This document shows positions 8,688 to 18,100 of a stretch of 32,000 bases of DNA, one piece after another. Each line of letters begins with the position of its first letter. Positions within the stretch are counted from its first letter, which is position 1. Origin of the DNA: Coprobacillaceae bacterium (lineage in GTDB: Bacteria > Bacillota_I > Bacilli_A > Erysipelotrichales > Coprobacillaceae); assembly GCA_963675515.1 (NCBI GenBank), contig OY776328.1, forward strand, positions 1,080,001 to 1,112,000, in the 5' to 3' direction. A model generated the notes under the pieces. The model worked only from the letters and a program-made list of their open reading frames with translations, had not been told where the DNA came from and did no database searches. Made by a program: the position numbers and the translations under genes.

Positions 8688-10733
8688 ATGGAATCAAACC
8701 CAAGGAAATTACTAGATGAATTTATACCTGAAGCAATGGGGAAACAATTCGTTATTCCAGTCTATCAACGTAAATACACATGGACAGTAAAAAAACAATT
8801 AGTTCAATTGATTAAAGATTTAGTAGGCCTAATTGAAGATAAAAACATGCAAAAGCAACATTTTCTAGGTACAATAGTCTATTTAGAAAATACTGTGGAT
8901 TATAAAACAGAGCGTTCAATAGTAGATGGTCAACAGCGTTTGGTCACTATGTTTTTAATTGCTCATGCTATGAAGTCAATTGCTGAAAATGAATATCGAT
9001 CAAGAGAGATAGATGAGACTTACCTTCAAAATTATTCTGAGCCAATTACAAGTAGATATCGTCAACGTCTATATCCTTCAGTGGCTGATGGTAATGATTA
9101 TCTTGTTATTGCTGAAGGTAGATATGACGAAATAAATAAAGATAGCAATAACAATATTGTTCAGAATTTTATTTACTTGAAGTCTGAACTCTCTAACCTG
9201 GTTGTAAAGTATACATTTGATAGAGTTTTATATGCGTTGAAGAGGTTTTCGATTGTCTATATAAAACTTGATGACCGTGATAATGCTCAACAAATTTTTG
9301 AGAGCATAAATTCAACTGGGGAACGTCTTACTGCATCGGATTTGATTCGAAATTTTATCATGATGGAAAAGTCAAATGAAGAACAAACTACTTTGTATAA
9401 CAAATATTGGCGTAGACTTGAAGAAGTATTTGATAACTCTAAAGGAATGGAAGATTTTTTTAGGTATTATCTTGCTGCGATAACTGGTGAATATTCTGCA
9501 AAGCATATCTTATATCAAGCTTTTAAAAACTATTGGTACAAAGAAAAAGAAGTATCAAGCGATGTTGAACTTTTGCAAAAATTAGTGAGGTATTCAGAAT
9601 ACTTCTCAAGTCTCTATTATGATAAACCAGCAGGTGAATATACTGAAATACTAAGCGATTTTCAAAGTATGGAAAGTATGATGCCTGCGCCATTTGTTTT
9701 GGGTCTTTCTGAGTGGTATTGGCAAGATAAAGTGATTTCTGAAGAGCAATACTATGCAGTAATCAAAATTTTAAATGTTTACCAGATTCGTCGGTATTTT
9801 AGTGGTGACGATACGAGTAGAATTTCAAAAGCATTTCCAACATATTTAAAAAATGTTACAAAGTATGTAGACGCAAACGGATTTGACAATATTGTTGATA
9901 TTGTAGTCTATGTATTGATAACTAGAAACCAATCAAATAATATGGCTTTACCAACTGACAAAGCGCTGAAGGCTAATCTAATGAATGTCAACGCGTACAC
10001 AATGCGTCTTACTAGATGGCTACTAGAAAAAATTGAGAATAAAGGCAACACCGCGAAATTAGATATGAGTAATCTATCGGTTGAGCATATTATGCCACAA
10101 ACAAGTACATCTTATTGGGAAGAAAAATCAGGCTTAACCGGTGAAGAGTACACCGAATTGGTCAATACAATTGGTAATTTGACACTCGTTACAAAACCAG
10201 ACAACTCTGCTGCAGGTAATCGTGACTTTGAGATCAAGAAGAAGATTTTTGAAGATACATTGCATATCCACATGAATAAAAATATTTATGGGAAAAAGGA
10301 ATGGACTGCCGATTCAATTTCATCAAGAAGTTTGGATATTATTGAAGAATTGATATCTATGTATCCATATCTACGTTCAGAAGGTGACTATGAGCATGAT
10401 GGGAATAGAAACATTTTCCTTGAGGCGCAAGGAATTAAAGCAACTGGATATTTGAATGAAGACGAGACTGTACTAATTCACGCAGGATCAGAAATATATT
10501 CCAAAGTAAAGGAAATTGCTTCAGATTCACTGGATGAAAGAAGACAGGAACTGTTGGATAATGGGATTATTGAAGAGACATTCGGCGGTTTGCAATTCGC
10601 CCAAGATTATACTACGTCATCCGTTTCAAATGCCGCAGCTTTGCTACTCGGTGGAAGTAGGAACGGATGGGACTACTGGAAGGATACAAATGGTGTTAGT
10701 ATAAATGACTCATTACGGATTAAAAAGTATTAG
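8688..10733 (+). CDS. GmrSD-family type IV (modification-dependent) restriction endonuclease: DUF262 + DUF1524 (His-Me finger) with DUF4357-like C-terminal extension
   Basis: The DUF262 motifs are IPVYQRKYTW and DGQQR (8925-8939). The DUF1524 motifs are SVEHIMPQ ... GNLTLVTKPDNSAAGN. The C-terminal pattern FAQDYTTSSVSNAAALLLGGSRNGWDYWKD resembles DUF4357. RBS AAAAGGAG lies upstream. Confidence 0.85.
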   Translation: MESNPRKLLDEFIPEAMGKQFVIPVYQRKYTWTVKKQLVQLIKDLVGLIEDKNMQKQHFLGTIVYLENTVDYKTERSIVDGQQRLVTMFLIAHAMKSIAENEYRSREIDETYLQNYSEPITSRYRQRLYPSVADGNDYLVIAEGRYDEINKDSNNNIVQNFIYLKSELSNLVVKYTFDRVLYALKRFSIVYIKLDDRDNAQQIFESINSTGERLTASDLIRNFIMMEKSNEEQTTLYNKYWRRLEEVFDNSKGMEDFFRYYLAAITGEYSAKHILYQAFKNYWYKEKEVSSDVELLQKLVRYSEYFSSLYYDKPAGEYTEILSDFQSMESMMPAPFVLGLSEWYWQDKVISEEQYYAVIKILNVYQIRRYFSGDDTSRISKAFPTYLKNVTKYVDANGFDNIVDIVVYVLITRNQSNNMALPTDKALKANLMNVNAYTMRLTRWLLEKIENKGNTAKLDMSNLSVEHIMPQTSTSYWEEKSGLTGEEYTELVNTIGNLTLVTKPDNSAAGNRDFEIKKKIFEDTLHIHMNKNIYGKKEWTADSISSRSLDIIEELISMYPYLRSEGDYEHDGNRNIFLEAQGIKATGYLNEDETVLIHAGSEIYSKVKEIASDSLDERRQELLDNGIIEETFGGLQFAQDYTTSSVSNAAALLLGGSRNGWDYWKDTNGVSINDSLRIKKY

Positions 10734-10754
10734 TGATTTTAATAAGGGGCTTGT

Positions 10755-11171
10755 ATGAGTAAATATAAAGATCTTACGGATTATATATCATTATTGCATG
10801 CTGATGATTTTGGCGAATGGATTATTGATGAAAAAAATGATGGTACACAGGAGCATCCTAAAAAGTTCCCGTTTCTTATCTATTCTAAAACTATTGATGA
10901 TTTCATTAATGACTTTTATTCATTTATAGAAACGAACCAGGATATGGCACTAAATGGTTATCAAGAAATTCTTCAAGATAACGGAATCAAATGGAATAAG
11001 GAATCTATGAGTAATGCTGATGTTTCAAATTTGGATTCGCAATGTGTCCTTGCGCTTATTATGGGAGCCATTAGAGCTGATCGATTTAGTGACGGGGCTC
11101 TATTATATTTCTTTAATAGTGGTTGTATTTCACGGTGGCTTTTAAGGTTACAAGAATTTAGAAACGGATAG
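10755..11171 (+). CDS. hypothetical 138-aa protein, probably co-transcribed with the GmrSD-like gene
   Basis: RBS AAGGGG is present, and ATG 10755 lies 21 nt after the upstream stop. The AT-rich composition matches the upstream gene. No motif could be assigned with confidence. Confidence 0.6.
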   Translation: MSKYKDLTDYISLLHADDFGEWIIDEKNDGTQEHPKKFPFLIYSKTIDDFINDFYSFIETNQDMALNGYQEILQDNGIKWNKESMSNADVSNLDSQCVLALIMGAIRADRFSDGALLYFFNSGCISRWLLRLQEFRNG

Positions 11172-11271
11172 TCTAAAATGTACTGGATAAATTTTATATA
11201 GAAGCATTGGAAGTTGTATGGTTTAGTGCGATAAATTATTAATAATCGAATAATCGCGATTAATAATAAAA

Positions 11272-11623
11272 GTAGCGCTAATTGAAATGTTACCAGAAGT
11301 AGCTATTCATTCAAGATCACTTCATCAACAAGGCATCATTGGTTCCGATGATGATCAACAATAGTGTCGATATCCTGACTAGCAATAAAGTAGTGGAAAT
11401 CATGGAAAAAGGAGTCAAAGCCTTGAATGAAAAAGGTGAAGAAGTTTTGATTGAAGGAACTACCGTTGTTAGCGCATTTGGAATGAAAGCAAACACTGCA
11501 ATTGCCCAAGCAATCGATGACAAATACCACGACAAAGTTACTCTGATTGGTGACTGTGATAAAGTCGGAAAATTCGGTGGCGCAGTCCATAGCGGTATGT
11601 ATGTTGCAGTGACACTGCAATAA
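11272..11623 (+). pseudogene. 3'-terminal remnant (~117 codons, at least one frameshift near 11300-11340) of an FAD/NAD(P)-dependent oxidoreductase (2,4-dienoyl-CoA reductase / NADH:flavin oxidoreductase C-terminal domain type)
   Basis: Frame 2 reads KVALIEMLPEVA. Frame 1 then reads ...NNSVDILTSNKVVEI...GTTVVSAFGMKAN...VTLIGDCDKVGKFGGAVHSGMYVA*, the typical C-terminus of ~650-aa enzymes. No 5' part is present. Confidence 0.7.
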
Positions 11624-11658
11624 TGTATCAGTATAATTTGAATGTTTGAAAAATAAAG

Positions 11659-11685
11659 ATAGGACATCAACGTGTCCTATTTTTT
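11659..11685 (+). terminator. intrinsic terminator retained behind the oxidoreductase remnant
   Basis: Stem ataggaca (11659-11666) pairs with tgtcctat (11673-11680), followed by TTTTT. Confidence 0.7.
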
Positions 11686-11787
11686 ATGATTCTAGGTGAC
11701 ATTATAATCAAACATTCTAACTCTATCTTACTTTGCTTTGAGTTTGTGTTTGAAAATCACTATTGTATAATAAGTTTCAAAAAACTA

Positions 11788-11816
11788 TTAAACATTTATG
11801 GTTCAAGTGTTATAAT
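11788..11816 (+). promoter_or_regulatory. candidate extended -10 promoter of the two-gene operon
   Basis: TTAAAC (11788-11793), a 17-nt spacer ending in TGT, then TATAAT (11811-11816). It lies 35 nt upstream of ATG 11851. Confidence 0.45.
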
Positions 11817-11850
11817 TAAAGTAACATATTTTTTTGAAAGGGGAAAGAAC

Positions 11851-14800
11851 ATGTTTAAGTTAATTATATCGGTAATTACCTTATTTAATAAATTAGCAAC
11901 TGGAAATAAGAGTTCATCCAAGGGGAAAATGGACACCAAAAACGCGAATTCGAAATCCAAGAAAGTAAAAACGGAATCAGATTCACATAGTTTGGATGAT
12001 AAAGTCCAGTCATCTCCAAGGGTTATATCGAAGGTTGAAGATAAAAATGCAACGGTTATGGACTATCCTAATGGGAGAAATGACTCTAACATTGGAAACG
12101 GCAAAAGTGAAAAAGAAAGAGTCTTTTCGGTCAATACGGATACTAGCAAGACGAGTTCTGAAATTCTAAAGAATTCTCAGGAGTTAATCTCTGAAGACCT
12201 GGCATCACTAAAGGGCGGAGAAGTTCTCGATGCAGAAGATAAAAGGGCTACTTTAGTTACAGGGGATATGGCATCCCAGTTTGATGAAATCAAAATGTTA
12301 TCCGACGATATTTTAACCACTACATCAATAGTTGAAGATGGAAGTGCGATATTCAAATTTGGTGAAGATCTAGATGATCAAGAGTTGATTTTTTCAACAT
12401 CTGAAGAACCTACTCGTGTAACGAATATCGAAACTAATTATCAATTTGTTGAACTTAGTGATGATGATATCGATACAATCGTTAATGTACTAGGTAAAAA
12501 ACTCGAAAATAATAAATTGATTGGATATGATCTTCTTCAAATTGCTGGTAATGAGGAGTACATTAATAAATTTCATACGTATGCAATCAAGATGATTAAT
12601 CTTAACTATAGCCGTAAAGGGGATTTTTATGGTAATAAGGTTGAGATATTAATTTCTTTGATTCTAATCGCTATGGACAAATATGATGGTAATTATTGGG
12701 ATCATGTTCATGATACTTATGATATCGTCTATAAAAATAAATCGAAACAAAAAATTGATGGAATGTTGAGAGCTTTGATAAATGATTATTCACACAACGA
12801 GAAACGCATCATTAATTTCGTTATCCGTCAAACAATCACTCCAAAATTGTACATGGATGGTTTCATTGATTTTTGTTATGATCTGTATATAAATATATTC
12901 AAAATGGAGTTGGTCGAAAATCTTAATGATTATTTAAAAGATGTTTATCTAGAGATAAATGATAATGATAATATCACGCAAACTTCGAATTCTGGCAATA
13001 AAACATACCAGTTGATTAAAACTACCAAGGAAATAGTTGAGAATACTGAATGGTTCAGTGAGTTGATTGTCTATAGCGGGTTGATATTAAAATATATCGA
13101 TCAAATCTACTGGAACAATAATTATAATGGTTTGGATTATCAAGATTACCTTGTTCCAATTTTTGAAACTTGGAGGGAAAAAAATGGCGAAATATTATTT
13201 AGAGGTGGTCACAGATCCAGGGGGAAAACTTCATCATGGAGTCCGTCTTTACATTTGAAAAATGGTGTTGTCAATTTAGATATTCCAAATCATCTGATAA
13301 AAAGTCATTTTGATCCAAGCAATATTAGGATTGAAATAATTAATAACGACAAGTTGCTTGAAACTATTGAACGCCCTTTTACTAAAAAAGTTATGGGCGG
13401 ATATATGATTTTGAAATCACAACACTCAGTATCGGACCCACTAGGGTTACTACAATACCGGATTATGCATAACGAAGAACAAATTTACACAAGCGAAAAC
13501 AAATTGCACCGAAATTATATTTTGTTCAATCAAAACGATAAGGAGATATTCAATAACACTGATTATGAAGGGGATTTGGATATTTGTGCAAAAGACCTTA
13601 CCAGCTTGGGTGATGTAAATACCTACTTCGACAATGGTAACTACATGGTTGGAAATAGGAAGATTCAAAAATACGACATCCTTGAAATTGGTAGTGAAAC
13701 GATTTTCTTCTCTAGTGATAAGGAAAATCATCTACAGGCCCAAGCAATAAAAGGAGTAAGTATTGAATTTTCTTCACGATCATATCAATTATACCGTAAG
13801 GTGGATTTCGTGACATTATTGACAACAACCGGAATCGATAGTCTAGTTATTGAAAATTGCGGTAATCACTACCGGCCTGCTGATTTGGACACAAAAATCG
13901 TGCCAGTTAAAGATCGGTATTTTTATCATATCGTAATTGACATTATACTGGTTCAGGGTTTCAATCATTTGAAAGTTTTTGATAGGATTACGGGAGAATT
14001 TTTGTTCAAGAAAGTAATTTTCTTGGATAAGGACTTTTTGTGTTCAACATATCAAAAAAATGGAAAATTGAAGATGAATCTCAACAGTGTTCTGACAGAT
14101 TTAAATGATATTGAACTAAATACTCATGGTGAAGATCCATATAGTATATCTTTTTATGATAGCCACTTCGATGATAAATTAGATTTGGTGATCACCCCCG
14201 ATCACCCGGTCTATCGCATTGATGAAGATCAATGGAGCGTATTCTCTAACTATTTGTCAATTGTTGATATCGATGTTTATAGTAAAATTCGCGTTGAAGG
14301 GATTGATTTTGAACAGGTTGTGCTAATTGATTCCAACAATAAATGTATTGCGAATTTAGAGTCTGAGAGTATTGCTTCGAAAAGGTATGTTCACCTGGGT
14401 AGATTAAAAAATTATGAATTAAATGAAATTGACTTTGCAAGCATCAGTTTTATTAGAGATGATATAGTTGTTGATTCAATCAAGGTGTATTACAAAGTTG
14501 TTATTGATAGTAAGACTTTTGGGATCCGTTTTGAAGAAACAAAGATGTCTGCTCATATCGAATTTGATTATTTTGGTAAGGATAACATCACGATTGAGAT
14601 TAAACAAAATAACAGTTTGATTCATTCAATAGCGCCAAAGTCAAAACCGGTCAAACTTGATATTGGAGGCATTGAAAGTTTCAAAGACTATGATATTGCT
14701 ATTTTCGGGGGAGAAGATGATATTTTTGCAATGACTAGATCGAGATATATTCTCTATCAAGATACGATTTCTTTTTATTCTAGCAATGGAATGGTTGATA

Positions 14801-15156
14801 GGGAATTCAACTTGGATACTATATGGGGTGAGAGGTATTTACTAAGCAAAGATGTTTGGCAAGAAGATCGATACATCCTGCAATCAACTCGACTTTTGAT
14901 AGAAGACAATATCGGAGATGATTTATTTAGGGGTAAAATAATTTTTGGTAGTAAAGTCGATAATCTTGCGGAAAAAGAGGTTCAGGTCGAATTAACCAGT
15001 GACATTACCAAAGGGAAATTTTGGTGTGCTATAAAGGAAGATGATGATTTCCTTTTGTTTGATGATGTAAATAATACAGTGGTGTTTCATGAAAATTGTC
15101 ACACAAGAAACAATATGCCGATCAGTGAATATGAGGCAAAATATCAGGAAAATTGA
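11851..15156 (+). CDS. large hypothetical protein (1101 aa), no recognisable domain; possible DruH-like partner of the downstream helicase
   Basis: The start is set at ATG 11851 after RBS GAAAGGGGA. The track ORF start at 11686 directly abuts a terminator T-run and has no RBS. The first ~200-230 aa are an S/K/D/E/N-rich low-complexity region. A helical region follows, then a long beta-strand-like region. No catalytic motif was found. Confidence 0.8.
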   Translation: MFKLIISVITLFNKLATGNKSSSKGKMDTKNANSKSKKVKTESDSHSLDDKVQSSPRVISKVEDKNATVMDYPNGRNDSNIGNGKSEKERVFSVNTDTSKTSSEILKNSQELISEDLASLKGGEVLDAEDKRATLVTGDMASQFDEIKMLSDDILTTTSIVEDGSAIFKFGEDLDDQELIFSTSEEPTRVTNIETNYQFVELSDDDIDTIVNVLGKKLENNKLIGYDLLQIAGNEEYINKFHTYAIKMINLNYSRKGDFYGNKVEILISLILIAMDKYDGNYWDHVHDTYDIVYKNKSKQKIDGMLRALINDYSHNEKRIINFVIRQTITPKLYMDGFIDFCYDLYINIFKMELVENLNDYLKDVYLEINDNDNITQTSNSGNKTYQLIKTTKEIVENTEWFSELIVYSGLILKYIDQIYWNNNYNGLDYQDYLVPIFETWREKNGEILFRGGHRSRGKTSSWSPSLHLKNGVVNLDIPNHLIKSHFDPSNIRIEIINNDKLLETIERPFTKKVMGGYMILKSQHSVSDPLGLLQYRIMHNEEQIYTSENKLHRNYILFNQNDKEIFNNTDYEGDLDICAKDLTSLGDVNTYFDNGNYMVGNRKIQKYDILEIGSETIFFSSDKENHLQAQAIKGVSIEFSSRSYQLYRKVDFVTLLTTTGIDSLVIENCGNHYRPADLDTKIVPVKDRYFYHIVIDIILVQGFNHLKVFDRITGEFLFKKVIFLDKDFLCSTYQKNGKLKMNLNSVLTDLNDIELNTHGEDPYSISFYDSHFDDKLDLVITPDHPVYRIDEDQWSVFSNYLSIVDIDVYSKIRVEGIDFEQVVLIDSNNKCIANLESESIASKRYVHLGRLKNYELNEIDFASISFIRDDIVVDSIKVYYKVVIDSKTFGIRFEETKMSAHIEFDYFGKDNITIEIKQNNSLIHSIAPKSKPVKLDIGGIESFKDYDIAIFGGEDDIFAMTRSRYILYQDTISFYSSNGMVDREFNLDTIWGERYLLSKDVWQEDRYILQSTRLLIEDNIGDDLFRGKIIFGSKVDNLAEKEVQVELTSDITKGKFWCAIKEDDDFLLFDDVNNTVVFHENCHTRNNMPISEYEAKYQEN

Positions 15157-15182
15157 AATAATGAAAAAATAAGGGAGCGGCT

Positions 15183-18100
15183 ATGAAGAAAAACCCGATT
15201 GAAATATCAAGTTACATTATGGAGGAATTCTCGGAATACATCTCTTCCACTTATGTTCTTGATGATGATGAGTATCAAAAGAAATTAGAAGAACAGTTAC
15301 GATCAACCGATTTATTTAATGGTCCATTTTTGCACACAGAGTTGCCGTTTACTACCGGGAATACAATTAGAGAATTGGTTTTGGATAGAAAAATATCACC
15401 TGAATTCTTAAAATTGGAAAAAATATATCCAGATCGGAGTCTATACTTACACCAACAAAAATCTCTTGAAAAAATCAAATCAGGTCGAAATGTTGTAATT
15501 ACCACCGGGACTGGTTCGGGAAAAACTGAGAGTTTTCTATACCCTATTATCGACTCTATAATGGACGAAATAACAAAGGGAAAGAAAAAAACAGGAGTAA
15601 GAGCAATATTCCTTTATCCTATGAATGCGTTGGTAAATGACCAAAAAGATCGAATTAGGAAGCTTTTAAAGGATTATCCACAAATTACATTTGGTTCATA
15701 TACCGGAGATACAAAGCCGAAGTTTACGGCAGCAGAAAGGAAAAATTATATTATTGAAGAGGGCATAGATGAAGTAGAAAACGAGTTGCTTACCAGAGAA
15801 GAAATTAGGAATAATCCTCCGGATTTATTATTTACCAATTATTCTATGCTTGAGTACTTGTTAATCCGGCCGTCAGATTCCAGAATAATCAATCCAGAGA
15901 ACATGTCCTATTGGCGTTATATGGTTCTCGATGAAGCTCATACTTACAAGGGCACTTTAGGAGTGGAAATTGCGTTACTGCTAAGAAGATTGGTAGCTAT
16001 GGCAAAAAAAAATCCCCAATTCATACTTACAAGTGCTACATTGGGAGGTCAAGAAAATGTGAAAGATATTGTTTCTTTTGCCAGAAGCTTGACGTCATCC
16101 GATTATGCGTCTGATGATATAATTTTTGCATCAAGAAAACAATTAAATCAATCTAATATTGCTTATAGTGCTCCAAATCATCTTTACGAAAAAATGATTG
16201 AAAGCATCGAAGATATTGATGCATTACGGAAAATTGCCGCAGAATACTTCAGTATCACCAGTAACTCCAGCATGGAATCACTTCTATATGAAATTTTAAT
16301 TCATGATAAGAATGTTTACGAGTTGTATGACGCAATAGACACAACCAATCAATTTACCGAAGTGTTAAAAAAAATGCGTGGTAAAACAGAAATTATACAA
16401 AATCAACTGTTAGCTCTGATTCAACTAGTTTCATTGGCAAATAAGGATAATTCTTACATTTACGATGCGAAATTTCATATGTTTTTAAGAACTCCAAGTA
16501 AAGCGTATATTACTTTGAAAGACGACAAACAGATCAGAATTCACAATAGTAATACAATTAATAATAAAAAAGCCTTTGAGATTGGGATATGTAAAAACTG
16601 CAATCATATATATTTAATAGGTAGAATTGAAAACGGTATACTTGAGCAAAATGATAACATTGATATTTACGAAAACTATGGCGAGGATTATAGTGAACAT
16701 CTCGATTATTTCATCATAAAGGAAGACATCGAATACGAGGAACTGGAAGAATATTCAATCTGTTCTAAATGCGGGAATATCTACAACATTGAAAATGAAA
16801 ATTTTGCTAATTGTGGATGTGGCGAGAAGCATCGATTAAACTTATATAGAATCGACAATAGTAAATCTAAACTCAAAAACAATCTGACACAATGTATTTG
16901 TTGTGGTGGAAAAAACAACATGGGTATTATCCATTCTTTCACGTTAAATAAGGATAACGCAACTTCAATTATAGCTCAGTTGTTTTATCAGGCCATGGAA
17001 GACGAGGATAACAGAAGCGATGAAATTATCGGATGTGAAGATATCGATATTTTTTCATTGGATTCAAACGAATTGAGTGTTAAGGCAGATCATGTTAAGG
17101 TAAAACAGTTGCTTGCTTTTTCAGACAGTCGCCAACAAGCCAGCTTTTTCTCGGTATCTTTCAAATATAATCATGAAAGATTTTTGCGAAGAAGAATCAT
17201 TTGGGAAGAAGTTAAGGATCTTGATAGTATCAAAGTTCGGACACTGGCGACAAATCTTGCACGATTAATAAAGCAAAATAATCTGTTTGAACAAAGTGAA
17301 ACTAAAGCCCAATCGGAAGCTTGGATTTCCATACTTAATGATCTTATTTATGTTGATGGTAAGTACGGCTCTGAAGGTCTGGGGATTTATTCATATGTTT
17401 TTGATTACACGAATTACCGGGATCTAATAAAAAAATTTCAGTCAAATATCGAATCTATTTTTGAACTATCATTGGATAATTTTTATATCTTGTTAAATAT
17501 AATATTCGACCGATTGCGTCGCTCAAGTATCATCGATTACAGCATTGCTGAACTGTCAGATCAAGAACGTAAGGATGCATTTCAGTATGTCGATCAGGAA
17601 CGATATATCGTATTGAAAAAGGATCCAAAAACAAAAATAAAGCCCGGCAAGTATATCGATCGATTCATCGATAGTTTTTTGCCAGTCAAGGAGACATCAA
17701 ATAATCAAACTATTGACTACCTAATGAAATTATATGATATTCCTTTTAGCGAAGCAGTTGTTAAAGCTGAAAAATTATTCGCTTTTCTAGTTAATATGAA
17801 AATTCTTAAGGAGGGACGTGTAGCTGACAATCTATGCTATCAACTTAACATTCTTGACTTTAAATGCATTCCAAACTCTAAAATGAAATGGTATGTGTGC
17901 ACCAAATGCAAAAGGATAACCGTTAACAACATTAATGATATATGTCCAAGCAGAGATTGTGATGGAAAATTGGAATTGTGTAGCCCAGATGATTTATTTT
18001 CTAAGAATTATTATCGAAAACACTATATGGAAAAGAAAATCGAATCAATTATCACCAAGGAACATACTGCTCAACTTGATAAAAAGTCAGCCAAGCAATA

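Noticed and set aside
11230-11270. AT-rich near-palindrome (ttattaataatcg ... cgattaataataa), considered as a possible att site or IS end at the left edge of the oxidoreductase remnant
   Set aside because: The arms are not truly complementary, with mismatches in the centre. The sequence is low-complexity, and no matching copy was found at the other cassette boundary.
11317-11670. Two minus-strand ORFs (117 and 94 aa) overlapping the oxidoreductase remnant
   Set aside because: The plus-strand frame gives a clearly recognisable oxidoreductase C-terminus. The antisense ORFs have no RBS or recognisable features.
11686-11850. N-terminal 55-codon extension of the large ORF given in the ORF track (start at 11686)
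   Set aside because: ATG 11686 directly follows the T-run of a terminator and has no RBS. The extension covers what looks like the promoter (TTAAAC-17-TATAAT). ATG 11851 has a good RBS (GAAAGGGGA).
16004-16012. A9 homopolymer inside the helicase gene, considered as a possible phase-variation (slipped-strand) switch
   Set aside because: A-runs of 7-9 nt are frequent throughout this ~25-30% GC island and encode ordinary Lys codons (MAKKNPQ). Without population or strain-length variation data there is no support for phase variation.
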